Positions 1 to 11,763 of a stretch of DNA of 64,000 nucleotides are shown here, piece after piece. The notes under the pieces were generated by a model. It worked only from the letters and a program-made list of their open reading frames with translations. It did no database searches and was not told the DNA's origin. Made by a program: the position numbers and the translations under genes. Every line of letters starts with the position of its first letter. The first letter of the stretch is position 1. This DNA is from Lytechinus pictus (lineage: Eukaryota), in assembly GCF_037042905.1 (NCBI RefSeq), contig NC_087261.1:13702001-13766000 (forward strand), written 5' to 3'.

Positions 1-2
1 TG

Positions 3-371
3 AGCTACAAGAATACAACTGAGTTCTTCTGGGGGAAGAAACCCCAAAAAGACGATGATGTTGTTCTTGTATTTGATAAGCCAACCCAAATAACTCGCCT
101 GGTCATAGCAACTGGATCCAGTCAGCACCCGGCTGATATACTACAGGATGCTGCTGTTGAAGTAAGTCCAGAACTCATCCATAGTGGCAACGCAGCTGTA
201 CTTCCTAAATGCAGTACCTTTGTAGAAGTTGGTCAATTCTCCCACGGTCGTGTTGAGTTAGAGATGGAAAAAATCTTCACACCTCGGGTGGCGTGTCTCC
301 GAATCCATGTTAAAGATTCTCAGAAACAGTGGGCAATCATTCGACAAATTGCTATATGGGTACCTCACTAG
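3..371 (+). CDS. MGAT4C: 3' end of alpha-1,3-mannosyl-glycoprotein 4-beta-N-acetylglucosaminyltransferase C-like (C-terminal lectin-like domain); 5' part lies outside the window
   Basis: Frame 3 is open to TAG 369-371: SYKNTTEFFWGKKPQKDDDVVLVFDKPTQITRLVIATGSSQHPADILQDA...KCSTFVEVGQF...ACLRIHVKDSQKQWAIIRQIAIWVPH*. This matches the MGAT4C C-terminal pattern as I recall it (FWGK, TG..DIL, CS..G.F, C.RI.V...Q.W.IIR.I.IW). Confidence 0.88.
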   Translation, partial: SYKNTTEFFWGKKPQKDDDVVLVFDKPTQITRLVIATGSSQHPADILQDAAVEVSPELIHSGNAAVLPKCSTFVEVGQFSHGRVELEMEKIFTPRVACLRIHVKDSQKQWAIIRQIAIWVPH

Positions 372-941
372 TTCATTTGATAAAAGACTTTTGTGCAGTA
401 TATAACAATTTTCCCTAAATACCTCTGTCACGGAAAAACAAAAGAGGACATACAGTGACGTCGACTTCCAATGAAGCATTTGTGTGCAATACATGCAACA
501 GAAACTGTCGATGGATGGAATTTTCCCACCTCCACGCAGAACCAAGTCAAGAACTCAGTAAATGTATTGAAAGTGTCTGTCAAAAGAAAATGGACAGCTA
601 GGAGGTCTTTGTGAAATATTCGTCCAAAGTTTCGAAACTGATGAAAAATTTAAAATGCATGTCTGTTCAGGGTCTGAGGACGGAACTGCTGTTTTTATTC
701 ACTAATATTCAACTAAGATTTTTTTTGTGGCTGTCCATTGTCATGTAGGGTATTTGACACTACATTTTTTCTTTCCTTGAATCCGTCGTTCGTCATGGAG
801 CAAAAACTCTTTACGAGGGAGATTTTGCAACCGTTACGCAGACGCTTTCTAGAACGAAGGACATGCATAATTGTCAAAAGCCCTTTATGACAAAGCAGTC
901 TTTGTCGAAATTCCGTGAATCAAAACAGCAGAGTTGTCCAG

Positions 942-1187
942 GGGCCCGTCTTACAAAGACTTCCGATTGATCCGATTAATCGCATATGAAATGCATGTTT
1001 GCTCAATTTTTTTTCTAGATATGATTGTATATCCATAAGTTCATTGATTTTTTGACAATTTGGTGCGTTCTTTTTTGTTTACAAAGGACATTTTGCAAAT
1101 TTCCTGTAGAAAAAAATCATGACACTGATGGATTTCCATAGAATTACGATTGATTGGATCAATCGTAACTCTTTGTAAGACGGAGCC
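942..1187. mobile_element. Harbinger/PIF-like MITE
   Basis: TIR GGGCCCGTCTTACAAAGA.../...TCTTTGTAAGACGGAGCC with CAG on both sides; second copy at 4669-4941. Confidence 0.8.
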
Positions 1188-1254
1188 CAGGACTCTGGAC
1201 AAACGACATGCCTTCGTTTTTCGTCAGCTCTGAATCTTAGGACGATCTGCTCTC

Positions 1255-1789
1255 CCGGTCCGCCAATTTTCGACAAATGGTAAAACGGTCTATCTCGAAA
1301 ATCGCTGTTCTGAGATAAATGACTTTAAATTTTAGAGGTTCAAGCTTTTTTATGAGACGGAAATAATGTATTTTTAGCAATGGGAAAAGAAGAAGCACAA
1401 TAAAGACTAATAACTTAAGAATTTCTAGCTATTTGGGGTTTTAATTATGAAATAAATGAGATTTTTGTGTAGATAAACTGTTTAACCACAGCACATGTAT
1501 ACACTCATACTACACATCATAAGATGGTAAAATGGTTTATCTTCTAGATGGACCATTTTACCATCTTACCCCAATGCACAACATACTCAAAGATAGACCA
1601 TTTTAGCATAAAATCTAAAGGAAAAATATGAAAAAGTACCAAGATAGCGGAAATTGTCTCTTAATTAAGACATGATGGGATTTTCTCGATAGCACCATTG
1701 GAAAGAGCGCCCTCACATTACAAGGAGAGTGAATTTACCTCAATAAGTCAAATTTTCGAGTTGGACCGTTTTACCATCTGACGGACGGT
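1255..1789. mobile_element. Non-autonomous TIR element, family unassigned
   Basis: Inverted repeat ATGGTAAAACGGTCTATCTCGAAAAT / ATTTTCGAGTTGGACCGTTTTACCAT near both ends; internal ATGGTAAAATGG and CCATTTTACCAT copies. Confidence 0.55.
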
Positions 1790-2306
1790 TGTGATCTGAT
1801 GGGCATTTTCTACTGTGTTGTAGAATCTGTTCCCGTTCGTTGCAATAGCGAAAAGTTGGTAATGTCTCTCGAGACAGTGAACCAGCAAATTACATAATTT
1901 ATAGAAAAACACATTCAAAGCTGAGGAAAGTAAATTGATTATAAAAGGAATACATAATGACTGCAGAGTAAACTTGGTGTAGGTTGTCTGATGGGATAAT
2001 TTCGTGTTTTCTTTTACATGTATGCTTCTAATTGGCATGATTATTTTGCTTTATGATAAGAACGTCTCCTTTTTTTGTTTTGTTTTAATTTTTTATGTAA
2101 AATTAAATTGTAAATTTGGATCTATCACTCCAATATGTCAGGTGCAAGAATATCATTGAGTGATATAACAACGATCCTCAAGACACAGACCGGACCCAAA
2201 AATGAAATTGACAACTCATATACCATTCGAAAGCTAATAAACTACTTAATACAGAAATGCAAGCTTTATGCATTTTCACTGCTTAACAGCTTATTATTTT
2301 GCTTAA

Positions 2307-2915
2307 AGGGATGCTCCAGGTTGAAGATATTTATATCTCGATAAATCGAATAAAATTCACAGAGCAAAATGCTGAAGTATTGATTAAAATCGGATAACAA
2401 ATAATGAAGTTTTTGAATTTTAAAGATTTGCAGTATTCCGGTGAAACAGTTCTAGGCATGTCTTCATAAATATTCATTAAGTGGGCTGACGATGTCATAC
2501 CCCCACTTGTTCTTTTGTATTTTATTATATGTAATTGGGTTAATTAAAAAAATTTCTACCAAGAACTAAAACAGTTGATTTGACAACTGATTAAGTGCAT
2601 TAGTTATTTATTGCTGCAACTTATTTCATCATAATGAAGACACATAATTTCACATGTAACAAAAAATGAAACAATTATGATTTCATGTAATAACATAATA
2701 AAAAAGAAAGTGGGGATATGACATCATCAGTCCATCTAATGAATATTCATGACGACGTGCAAACAACCGTTTTCACAAAATTTAATATTGCTAAACGTTA
2801 CATTTCAATAACTTTGTTATTTGTGATCAGATTTTGATGAAATTTTTCAGAATTTTGCTCTGTGAATTTTACTCTATTTATTCAGATATAAAAATCTTCA
2901 ACCCGGAGCATCCTT
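2307..2915. mobile_element. Kolobok-like MITE (TTAA target, AGG ends)
   Basis: TTAA|AGGGATGCTCCAGGTTGAAGAT ... ATCTTCAACCCGGAGCATCCTT|TTAA with long imperfect TIRs; relatives at 11167-11763 and 51694-52270. Confidence 0.8.
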
Positions 2916-3559
2916 TTAAGAATAGTTCCAATTATCGGGCTTCGAAAATAGAAATTCTTGTAAATGCTTTCACCGGCCTCGAGAACGTGGCGTCATGTTG
3001 TGTTAGATGCAGTGTAATTCCATAGAGTTAATTTTACACAGAAAAAGTGAGTGATTCCCCCCTTTGAATATTATGCATTTTATTTTCTTCACTTCTATCA
3101 CATAGATATATTTTATAAATATCTATTTCTGTAAGATATTGATGAAATCTACGGCTTTTTGACTAGTTTTCACCATATTGCATTTCCTGCTTCTTTGGCA
3201 CAGCTTTCGAATTATATCTGCATTCAGATTATGTGTAAAAAATGTCCTGACATAGAAATTTAGGCCCATTAAGAGCTGAGAAAAAAAATCACAAAAAAAA
3301 ACTAGTGAAGAGTTGTAGGCTTCCATCAATTTGAGCACTGAATAATTGTCATTGTCATTTTGTCTGCCAAAAAAAAAGAAAATCGAATTCCTAATCTGGA
3401 AAGCAGAAAAATAACCCCATCCCTTTCAGTGTACAAACCTATGGAATCACGACGCTTCTAACACAACACAACATGACGTCACGGTCTTGAGGCCAGAGAA
3501 AGGAAATGGAAAACCTTTTGTCCGAATCCCCCGCGAAACCCGTTAATTTTAGTTTTTCT

Positions 3560-4060
3560 TAAGCAAAATACTCAGCTGTCAAGCAGTGAATATGCATAAA
3601 ACTTGCACTGTTGTACTATGTAGCATTTCCCATTTGTTTATTGCAATTTTAGCTCCGATCTGTGTCTTTTACAAGTGGAGATACCTTGGTTTTACCATAA
3701 AATGCAGATCACAGTCAATGTCTTGCCCTTTTCTTGAGAAAACTGTCTTGCATTAGTTTAATGTTTAACTTCTACACCTCCAATTGGTTCTTCACATGTA
3801 TTCACTTCATCCCGCATTTTTGTCTTCCAAACTGATTATATGTTGTTGCCTGCTACGAAAACTAATATCTACAAAGTGAATCACTGATGTATTGCAACTA
3901 ATACGTTGAAAGTCAGTGACATGAATTTGAAGAATAATACATGGCCAAATATAGAGCCCTGGGGAGTACCACTACTGACGTACGTATTAAGTTCAAGTGA
4001 GGATCCAATTGAAACTTGTTATTTTCAATTTGATGGGCCACTGCTAGTCTAATCACGTTA
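3560..4060 (-). mobile_element. Highly decayed LINE reverse-transcriptase remnant
   Basis: Minus strand near 3930-3985 reads VSSGTPQGSIFGHVLF, resembling the non-LTR RT motif GVPQGSxLGPxLF; surrounding frames are broken. Boundaries approximate. Confidence 0.5.
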
Positions 4061-4168
4061 TACCATATAAATAAAATTTGTTAAATTATAGAATAATATT
4101 ATGATCCATAGCAGTGTGTATTTTTAGTGCATTTATCGTGACTGTCAGAAAGTGTAAATTTGTTGGTG

Positions 4169-4412
4169 CACAGCAAAAACTGTGGTGTTAACCGGTGTAC
4201 ATAGAGGACCACACCAGTTGTTTTACACCGGTGTTAAATTAGTGGTGTTAGTTTTACACCCATAGGTGTTATTACAACACCTTTGGCTGTTACATTTACA
4301 CTCTTTGGTGTTATGTTCAATCTCTAGGGTGTAATTTTAACACCTCAGGGACCGGTGTGGTCCTCTATTAACACCAACTGGTGTCAGTTTTAACACCACA
4401 GTTTTTACAGTG
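4169..4412. mobile_element. CACTA/EnSpm-like MITE (2-bp TSD)
   Basis: TG|CACAGCAAAAACTGTGGTGTTAA ... TTAACACCACAGTTTTTACAGTG|TG; interior made of ACACC/GGTGT repeats. Confidence 0.75.
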
Positions 4413-4668
4413 TGTGATAAAAAGGGACACTTAGATTAGACTGAACCATGGAATTACACTTGTGTGAAAACAGCTAAATAACATTAATGGAGGTTTGAGA
4501 ACGATTGGACGAACAATGAGCATTCAAATGTTGAGATCACTACTGTTTCGAAAATCCTCCTATTGGCAATGCAACCCAGCAGTGCGACGTCACACGAGTA
4601 CACTTCCCCCATTCTCTTGTATATATTTTACTTTTCACTTTTATCAAACGTAATCTATTATGGACCAG

Positions 4669-4941
4669 GGCTCCGTCTTACAAAGAGTTACGATTGATCC
4701 GACCAATCGCAACTATGGATGGCCGGCAACGTCAACATCTATTATGCATGTTGGTTCATAATATTTTCTAGCTATTATGCATATTTCATGCAATCATTTT
4801 TTTTCTTGAAAATTCACTGTGCTTCTCTTTTTTTTACAAAGGACATTGTGCAAATGTCCTGGAGAAAAAATTATGACACTGATGGATTTCCATAGAGTTA
4901 CGATTGATTGGATCAATCGTAACTCTTTGTAAGACGGTGCC
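4669..4941. mobile_element. Harbinger/PIF-like MITE, same family as 942-1187
   Basis: CAG|GGCTCCGTCTTACAAAGAGTTACGATTGATCC ... GGATCAATCGTAACTCTTTGTAAGACGGTGCC|CAG. Confidence 0.8.
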
Positions 4942-6385
4942 CAGATGTTCTTTTCATGGCCCAGGGGGGGGGGGGCACGTCATGCATCTTTCTCGAAATA
5001 TGTCATGGACAAAGGGCTTGTACTTTCATTGGAATGAGCCAAAATAGATGGTTTGGGGTATTTCATCAGTGTACAACGGGGACTTCACGCATCTCCGTCG
5101 CATTGCCAATGGGAGGATCCACACGACATGAGCCAGCTCAACATTAAAACGCAACTTCAAAAATCATGCGCAACTTGATTTTCAACCTATCAACAGCGCG
5201 CATTTGGGACTTGCGTTTAAACGCAACTCTTTCTGCAACGGACCCCAGAACTTTCTTATCATTTGTCCAATAGTTTTCAAACTTTTGTGGTTGATGTTAT
5301 TCTTTGAATTTTCTGTTTTCACACGATTTGCTCACATGTTCCAAGCGTTTCATTCTCCTGTGAACAACTTTTATATTCATTTGTGAAAGAACTGGAGATG
5401 ATAGCGATTTAATACATTCTCCCTCCATCTCCCCCTTCCCTGCCTTCTATCACCCCCCCCCCCCTCTCTCTCTCTCCCCCTCCCATTCCTATACGACCCC
5501 TTACAGCTCACTGGCTCTCCGCACCTTCTCTCTCATTCGCATATTCACATAACAAAACCGCGCTCTGACACACACTCCCTAGCTCATCATGGTGTCAAAT
5601 TGTTATGAATTTTGTTGTACTAGTGAAATATCCACACTCAGATAAAAAAAAATAATGAAAAATACGGATTGTCATTGCAATGTACTCCTTTATTTTTCTA
5701 TCAGTGCTCCAGGAAATAAAATAGCAAAGGTGCTTTATGAATAAGCAAAGTCTTCGCCACGAAGAAAACCGAGCTTTACTAACTTTATAGAATCACATTA
5801 ACTTGAAAATAGCAAAAAATTTGATTGTTTTCTTTTATAAGAATCACGGAAAATAAAACACATGATGTGAAGTTATTGCATTACGTTTACAATACACATT
5901 TAGTCCCGATTCTTTTTTGTCAAATATAATAGTCGTGTTCTTCAAGTACCGTAAGCTATATATTGAGACATCCCCCTGTATTAAAACCTGGGCCCTCCAA
6001 TACAATATGTTTTTTCCATGTATTCTCATCAACTGAATAACTGTAATGTTTTCGTTACTACTTTTATCATTATTTTTTTTTAATTATTATTATCATAATT
6101 ATTATTATGATCATTTTATTTATCTTGGCATTATCATCATCATCGTCAACATTATACGATCGTTATTGATATGGTTGCACATAATTATATCAAATTATCA
6201 TAATTATTACCAATGTCATTTTTTGTAATTATCATTATTATTGTGAGTAGGGTATATTGCTGCATCTGCTACTAACATTACTTTTTAGTAGTAACGTTAT
6301 CATAATAATCTCCATGGGGAGAATTCATAACCCCCTGATCCCCCCCCCCCCCCAACTAACATCGCTCTATAGGACCATCACACCT

Positions 6386-6391
6386 TTTATT
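6386..6391 (-). terminator. Candidate polyadenylation signal of the mucin-like gene
   Basis: AATAAA on the minus strand about 150 nt after the stop at 6539. Confidence 0.4.
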
Positions 6392-6538
6392 TCTCATTTT
6401 AGTAATTACCAATGTATATGTAATAAATCTAATATTTTAAAAGATTTAGAATACAAGTCACGTTATCAAAAGACGGTGTCCTTAGGGTAAACAGTAAAAT
6501 GGGCATGACCACATTTAACCATTCCACACATTAGCATA

Positions 6539-7644
6539 TCAACGAACGGAATTACCATCCTGGCCTCCTGTAACTCCAGGTGGTGGGGCGGTTGTAGAAT
6601 CAGGTGGGGGTGCGGTTGTCGAATCAGGCGGTGGTGCAGTTGTAGAATCAGGTGGTGGTGCGGTTGTAGAATCAGGCGGTGGTGCGGTTGTAGTATCAGG
6701 CGGTGGTGCGGTTGTAGAATCAGGTGGTGGTGCGGTTGTAGTATCAGGCGGTGGTGCGGTTGTAGTATCAGGCGGTGGTGCGGTTGTAGTATCAGGCGGT
6801 GGTGCGGTTGTAGTATCAGGCGGTGGTGCGGTTGTAGTATCAGGCGGTGGTGCAGTTGTAGAATCAGGCGGTGGTGCGGTTGTAGTATCAGGTGGTGGTG
6901 CGGTTGTAGTATCAGGCGGTGGTGTGGTTGTAGTATCAGGTGGTGGTGCTGTTGTAGTATCAGGCGGTGGTGCGGTTGTAGTATCAGGCGGTGGTGCGGT
7001 TGTAGTATCAGGTGGTGGTGCGGTTGTAGTATCAGGTGGTGGTGCGGTTGTAGTATCAGGTGGCGGTGCGGTTGTAGTATCAGGCGGTGGTGCGGTTGTA
7101 GTATCAGGTGGTGGTGCGGTTGTAGTATCAGGCGGTGGTGCGGTTGTAGTATCAGGCGGTGGTGCGGTTGTAGTATCAGGCGGTGGTGCGGTTGTAGTAT
7201 CAGGCGGTGGTGCGGTTGTAGTATCAGGTGGTGGTGCGGTTGTAGTATCAGGCGGTGGTGCGGTTGTAGTATCAGGCGGTGGTGCGGTTGTTGTATCAGG
7301 CGGTGGTGCGGTTGTAGTATCAGGCGGTGGTGCGGTTGTAGTATCAGGTGGTGGTGCGGTTGTAGTATCAGGTGGTGGTGCGGTTGTAGTATCAGGCGGT
7401 GGTGCGGTTGTAGTATCAGGTGGTGGTGCGGTTGTAGTATCAGGTGGTGGTGCGGTTGTAGTATCAGGTGGTGGTGCGGTTGTAGTATCAGGTGGTGGTG
7501 CGGTTGTAGTATCAGGCGGTGGTGCGGTTGTAGTATCAGGTGGTGGTGCGGTTGTAGTATCAGGCGGTGGTGCGGTTGTAGTTGCCGGTGTTGGTGCGGT
7601 TGTAGCCTCGTCACAGTATCGTCGTTTGATCTCTTTTAGAAGAT
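6539..7644 (-). CDS. Terminal coding exon 5 of secreted Thr/Pro/Asp-repeat (mucin-like) protein
   Basis: Acceptor ttttgcag|AT CTT CTA (phase 1); encodes (D)LLKEIKRRYCDEATTAPTPA(TTTAPPPD)n...GVTGGQDGNSVR*. Repeat variants are synonymous or T->S in this frame. Confidence 0.85.
6575..7582 (-). repeat. 24-bp coding tandem repeat, about 42 units (TTTAPPPD)
   Basis: Plus-strand unit ATCAGG(C/T)GGTGGTGCGGTTGTAGT repeated without indels. Confidence 0.97.
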
Positions 7645-7864
7645 CTGCAAAATCCGACAAATAATTCATTTCATTCATTTCCCTACTACAACAATAGTTC
7701 TCTATTGTATATTCATTCTTGCTTCACAATCTGGTCACGTAATAGTATTACAATACAGTGGCAACCTGTGATTTTTGTTCAAGTAGTGAAGGAGGGGGGG
7801 GGGAGAAAGAACAAGACTGAGGAAAGAAAAAAGGACATGAAAATCAATGGCACTTGAAGAGCCT

Positions 7865-7998
7865 NNNNNNNNNNNNNNNNNNNNNNNNNNNNNNNNNNNN
7901 NNNNNNNNNNNNNNNNNNNNNNNNNNNNNNNNNNNNNNNNNNNNNNNNNNNNNNNNNNNNNNNNNNNNNNNNNNNNNNNNNNNNNNNNNNNNNNNNNN
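7865..7998. other. Assembly gap (others at 17072-17217 and 30401-30539)
   Basis: Runs of N. Confidence 0.99.
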
Positions 7999-8105
7999 CC
8001 ACATGTATTTCTCTCTTTTGTCACCAGAAATCGGTGGGGGGGGGGGGGGTAGGGGCCGAAAATAGCGATGTAAGTAAGTTTTGTTTAAATACAAATGGTA
8101 CTTAC

Positions 8106-8123
8106 CAATGATCTCTACAATTT
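8106..8123 (-). CDS. 18-nt micro-exon (coding exon 4) of the mucin-like gene
   Basis: ttttttttacaacag|AA ATT GTA GAG ATC ATT G|gtaagta; phase 1-1; joins PC(Q)IVEII(D)LLKEIKRRYC into one amphipathic helix. Confidence 0.72.
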
Positions 8124-8554
8124 CTGTTGTAAAAAAAAATCGAAAAGAAAATAAAGAAACGCTATGAATAATGAAAATTACGAAATGGAAATAGCCTGCT
8201 AAAACATTTTTAAAGCTCACAGTACAATGTTTCCAAATTAACACAAAGATGCATCTGAGTGTTATTACACTCATATTTTTTTTTGCGAATTTCAGTGCAT
8301 TTCTGTCTCCAGAGATTTTTTGCAATGTGTCAATACTAGAATTGATTACCGTAGTAATGGGAATAAAGTACCACCCCCCCCCCAAAAAAAAAAAAAAATT
8401 AAATTAAAATACCCAAGATAATATCCCCAAAACATTTCCCACAGCATGGTTGATAGAAAACACAACTTTCGAATACCGTTTTCAATTACTTGCTATCATA
8501 AGTTCAATGCCTTACGAAAATCCCCGAACTGCATATAATTATTTAAATTTATAC

Positions 8555-8811
8555 ACCGGTCATGGTGGCTCAGTGGTAGAGCGTGCGCCTCGTGAACATG
8601 GTGATCGGGAGGTCGTGGGTTCGATCCTCGACCGAGTCATACCAAAGACTTATAAAAATGGGGACATTTTGCCTTCTTGCCATATAGGCGCTCGGCATTT
8701 AGACTGGAGAAGGGTAATAATAACATGTTATGCGGGGCCCGCTGGTAGAGCAGTTTCCTAACTGAAGTGGCTACCCTGCATGAGTAAATAAAACATTATT
8801 ATTATTATCAT
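8555..8811 (+). mobile_element. tRNA-derived SINE, antisense in an intron of the mucin-like gene
   Basis: A box TGGCTCAGTGG, B box GGTTCGATCC, body GAGTCATACCAAAGAC..AAAAATGG, tail AAATAAAAC(ATT)n; flanked by a 50-bp direct repeat. Confidence 0.88.
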
Positions 8812-8939
8812 TCATAAGTTCAATGCCTTACGAAAATCCCCGAACTGCATATAATTATTTATATTTTATACCTTGAAATAAGAGTGGTAATGACTGTGGA
8901 CGACACGAAAGGCCTGCCTGTTTTATTCAATATCATTTG

Positions 8940-9500
8940 TTCAGGGGGCAAGCCCGCCCCCAACAAAAATATAGATCTGGATGAAAAAAAAACTAACAAA
9001 CATTATACTGAAAATTTCATCAAATCGGGTGTGAAAGGTGTGGCGTTTAAAATTTTCACTTATACTTTTCAAAGCAGTTTATATTTGCATATCACTTTCT
9101 GGTTGCAAGTGAGGTAAGGTAACTGATGATGTCATCCACTCACCATTTCTTTTTTATTTTATTTCATATAGTTTATATGAAATATCATAATTTTATCCTC
9201 AATTGAATATGAAACAAGATTTAAATCTTCATTGGATATGTGGGTTTGTCAATGGTGCCATATATTGTTATTCCATGAACATGCTTCTTTATTTTCTATC
9301 TGAAATATTGACATTTTGTTTATTTCATATGTCAAAATGAAAAAAGATAGCGGATGTGTGATATTTTCGACTTTTTCATTTGCATATCACCTATAATGTG
9401 AAAATAAGTGAAACTTCAAAATGTCATAAATTTCTTATTTAACATTAGCTTTTGATGACAATTTCAGCGTCACACTCCTGTGATTTTCTTCTTTTGAGGT
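8940..9500. mobile_element. Decayed Kolobok-like MITE (family of 45088-45691)
   Basis: Shares GAAAATTTCATCAAATCGG, ACTGATGATGTCATCCACTCAC and AAATGTCATAA blocks with 45088-45691; termini eroded. Confidence 0.55.
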
Positions 9501-9695
9501 AGCCTATAATCTAGGCGGAGCCTGCAGTTATTGTCTATGCTGTTATGCTGAACGCAACCGATACGTCTGATCTTGCAAAGACTACGCATTGTGGCTGCGT
9601 CGCAGCCACAATGCATAGGCTACTTCTGAGGTGAACTTGCTCTTGAAATATAGCTCCCGTTGCTTAAATTTTGAATAAACAGAAGCGGAACTTAC

Positions 9696-9782
9696 GGCAA
9701 GGAGTCAATTCAGATGCCTTTGCTTTAGCAAAAGACGAAGCGTCATCGTAAGTAATACCGCAATTTGTGTAGTCCTCGATTT
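9696..9782 (-). CDS. Coding exon 3 of the mucin-like gene (87 nt)
   Basis: cttattgctcttctgcag|AA ATC GAG ... CCT TGC C|gtaagt; open frame (K)IEDYTNCGITYDDASSFAKAKASELTPC; phase 1-1. Confidence 0.78.
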
Positions 9783-9816
9783 CTGCAGAAGAGCAATAAG
9801 AAATGGAATTGTACAA

Positions 9817-9939
9817 GAACAACAACAACAACAATAATGACAATAATAATAATTATAATAATATAATAATAATAATAATGATGATGATGATGATAATAAT
9901 AATAATGATGATAATCATGATGATGATAATAATAATAAT
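9817..9939. repeat. Compound (AAC)/(AAT)/(ATG) microsatellite
   Basis: Directly visible trinucleotide runs. Confidence 0.9.
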
Positions 9940-10367
9940 TGACATGAAAATATTTATATATAGCGCTTATAAAAAAAAACGTGTCTATAAGGCGCTCAAA
10001 GTGATAGATGAAAATAAAAAAGAACTTCAGGCAAACATCAATTTATGCATGTGTAATTTACAGTAGAGGAGTTACATGGACTGTGTAAGACAATAGTGAC
10101 GATTATAATTACTAGGTTTTCAACATGTTCAACATGGATTTAAGATTTTGATTTTGTAGATTGTTCCAGAGTTGAGGGGATGCACAAGGCGAACGGATAT
10201 AAGCGTGTTTCATGAAAATGTTTGCCAGTGATTTTACTGAAATATCTTGTTTCTGATTGGCTGAGAACAATCAATCAGCGGAAAAATACTGGCAAAACTC
10301 TTCTTGACACCGCCCCTCCCCCTATAGAATTGGGTTAAATTGCATAGGATAACATAAGGGCTTATAT

Positions 10368-10492
10368 CAGAGGCGGCGGAACGTCAGGCTCATACAATGA
10401 AAGTGGAGGGGCACCAATTGTCACCTATTGTTTGGCAGACAAAAGTTACCCCTCCACTTTCTTTGTCCGAGCCTGACGTTCCACTGCCTCTG
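10368..10492. mobile_element. 125-bp hAT-type MITE
   Basis: TIR CAGAGGCGGCGGAACGTCAGGCTC / GAGCCTGACGTTCCACTGCCTCTG; perfect 8-bp TSD GCTTATAT. Confidence 0.88.
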
Positions 10493-11166
10493 GCTTATAT
10501 ACACTGAATTTTGACTCATGTTGCATTTGTATTGTTAATATGGACAAAAAACACGCACAGGAAGAAAAAAATCGTGAAGAAAAATACAAGATATCTGTGA
10601 CTTGATAAATCATCATTTACTAAATCCCTGGAGAGATTATTAATATGTTAGCATAATGGGAAGAGGACGGTGTTTTCGCAGTGACAAGTGCAGGGGAGCC
10701 ATGCAGCTCAGATTATTAGTCAGGTTATCAGTCAGGTTATTATGGTTGTTATTTGAATATGATTGCATTGAAAATAGTGTGCGTAATAAGCATATGCCGA
10801 TAAAAAGATATAAGATATTGAACCAATGGGATGATAATTATTTTGAATCTTAGCAGAAATTATGTGTTAGTTTTGCATAATTTCATCAAAGAAGTTTTAC
10901 AAAAAAGATGTCACTGATTAGCTGCAAGTATCAGGGTTTTATCCTCTAACATGTCTAAGCATTAATGTCTAGAAAAAAATCTTAATTTACGTTATTGTAC
11001 GCTTACTAAGAAAAGTGGGAAGTGAAGCCCCCCCCCCCCCTCGCCCCGCCCCAGCGATTGCCCCATTCCCAATATGCTCTGCAATAAGAAGGGAATGTAT
11101 TAGAGGATCTACGTCAAAATAACGAATTAACAGATTTAACAAGAATTAAGGTTCAGAATATCTAGT

Positions 11167-11763
11167 CTCCGGGCTGAGGGTATTTATATCTCAATAAATA
11201 GAGAAGATTCACAGAGCAAAATGCTGAAGTATTGATTAGAATCGGATAACAAATTACGAAGAAATTGAATTTTAGAGATTCGCATTATTCCGATTAAACT
11301 GTTCTAGGCATGTCTTCATGAATATTCATTAGGTGGGCTGATGATGTCACTTCCCCTCTTGTTCTTTTGTATTTTATTATATGAAATTAGGTTAAATCAA
11401 ATTTTTCTACCAAGAACTAAAACAATTGGATTGACAACTGATTAAGTGCATTGGTTATTTCTTGCTGCAACTTATTTCATTATAATAGAGAAACGTCATT
11501 GTACAAACCAATGAAAATTTGAAACAATCATGATTTCATAATAACATAAGAAAAAGAAAAGTGGGGACGTGACATCATCAGCCCACCTAATGAATATCCA
11601 TGAGGACATGCCCTGAACCGTTTCACCGGAATAATGCAAATCTCTAAAATTCAATAATTTTGTTATTTTTCATCAAATTTTGATGAAATTCTTGGAATTT
11701 TGCTTAGTGAATTCTATCAGTCTATTTATTGAGATATAAATATCCTCAGCCCGGAGTATTCCT
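11167..11763. mobile_element. Kolobok-like MITE (family of 2307-2915), left end damaged
   Basis: Collinear with 2307-2915; right end CAGCCCGGAGTATTCCT|TTAA. Confidence 0.78.

Noticed and set aside
6466-7614. 382-aa His-rich ORF (LILQPHHH repeats)
   Set aside because: Shadow frame of the 24-bp repeat; unit variants are non-synonymous here, and it is out of phase with the spliced signal-peptide exons.
3-7644. Functional pairing of MGAT4C with the neighbouring mucin-like gene
   Set aside because: MGAT4 enzymes branch N-glycans whereas the repeat would be O-glycosylated; adjacency alone is not evidence.
6924-7664. Plus-strand VVVSGGGA-repeat ORF
   Set aside because: Antisense shadow of a stop-free repeat; non-ATG start inside the array.
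7645-7678. MNEMNYLSDFA as the N-terminus of the repeat protein
   Set aside because: Lies upstream of a good splice acceptor and has no signal peptide; more likely intron.
7735-8385. ORFs spanning N gaps or microsatellites (also 9803-10066, 16833-17297, 27041-27315, 30343-30555)
   Set aside because: Open only because of Ns or low-complexity sequence.
8555-8635. tRNA gene
   Set aside because: Has A and B boxes but no proper acceptor stem, and continues into a SINE body with an (ATT)n tail and flanking duplication; the same applies to the tRNA-like remnant near 53970.
8872-8893. Possible 22-nt micro-exon on the minus strand
   Set aside because: Not a multiple of 3, weak GTATAA donor, would produce a TGA at the exon 4/5 junction, and resembles repeated sequence at about 13215-13235.
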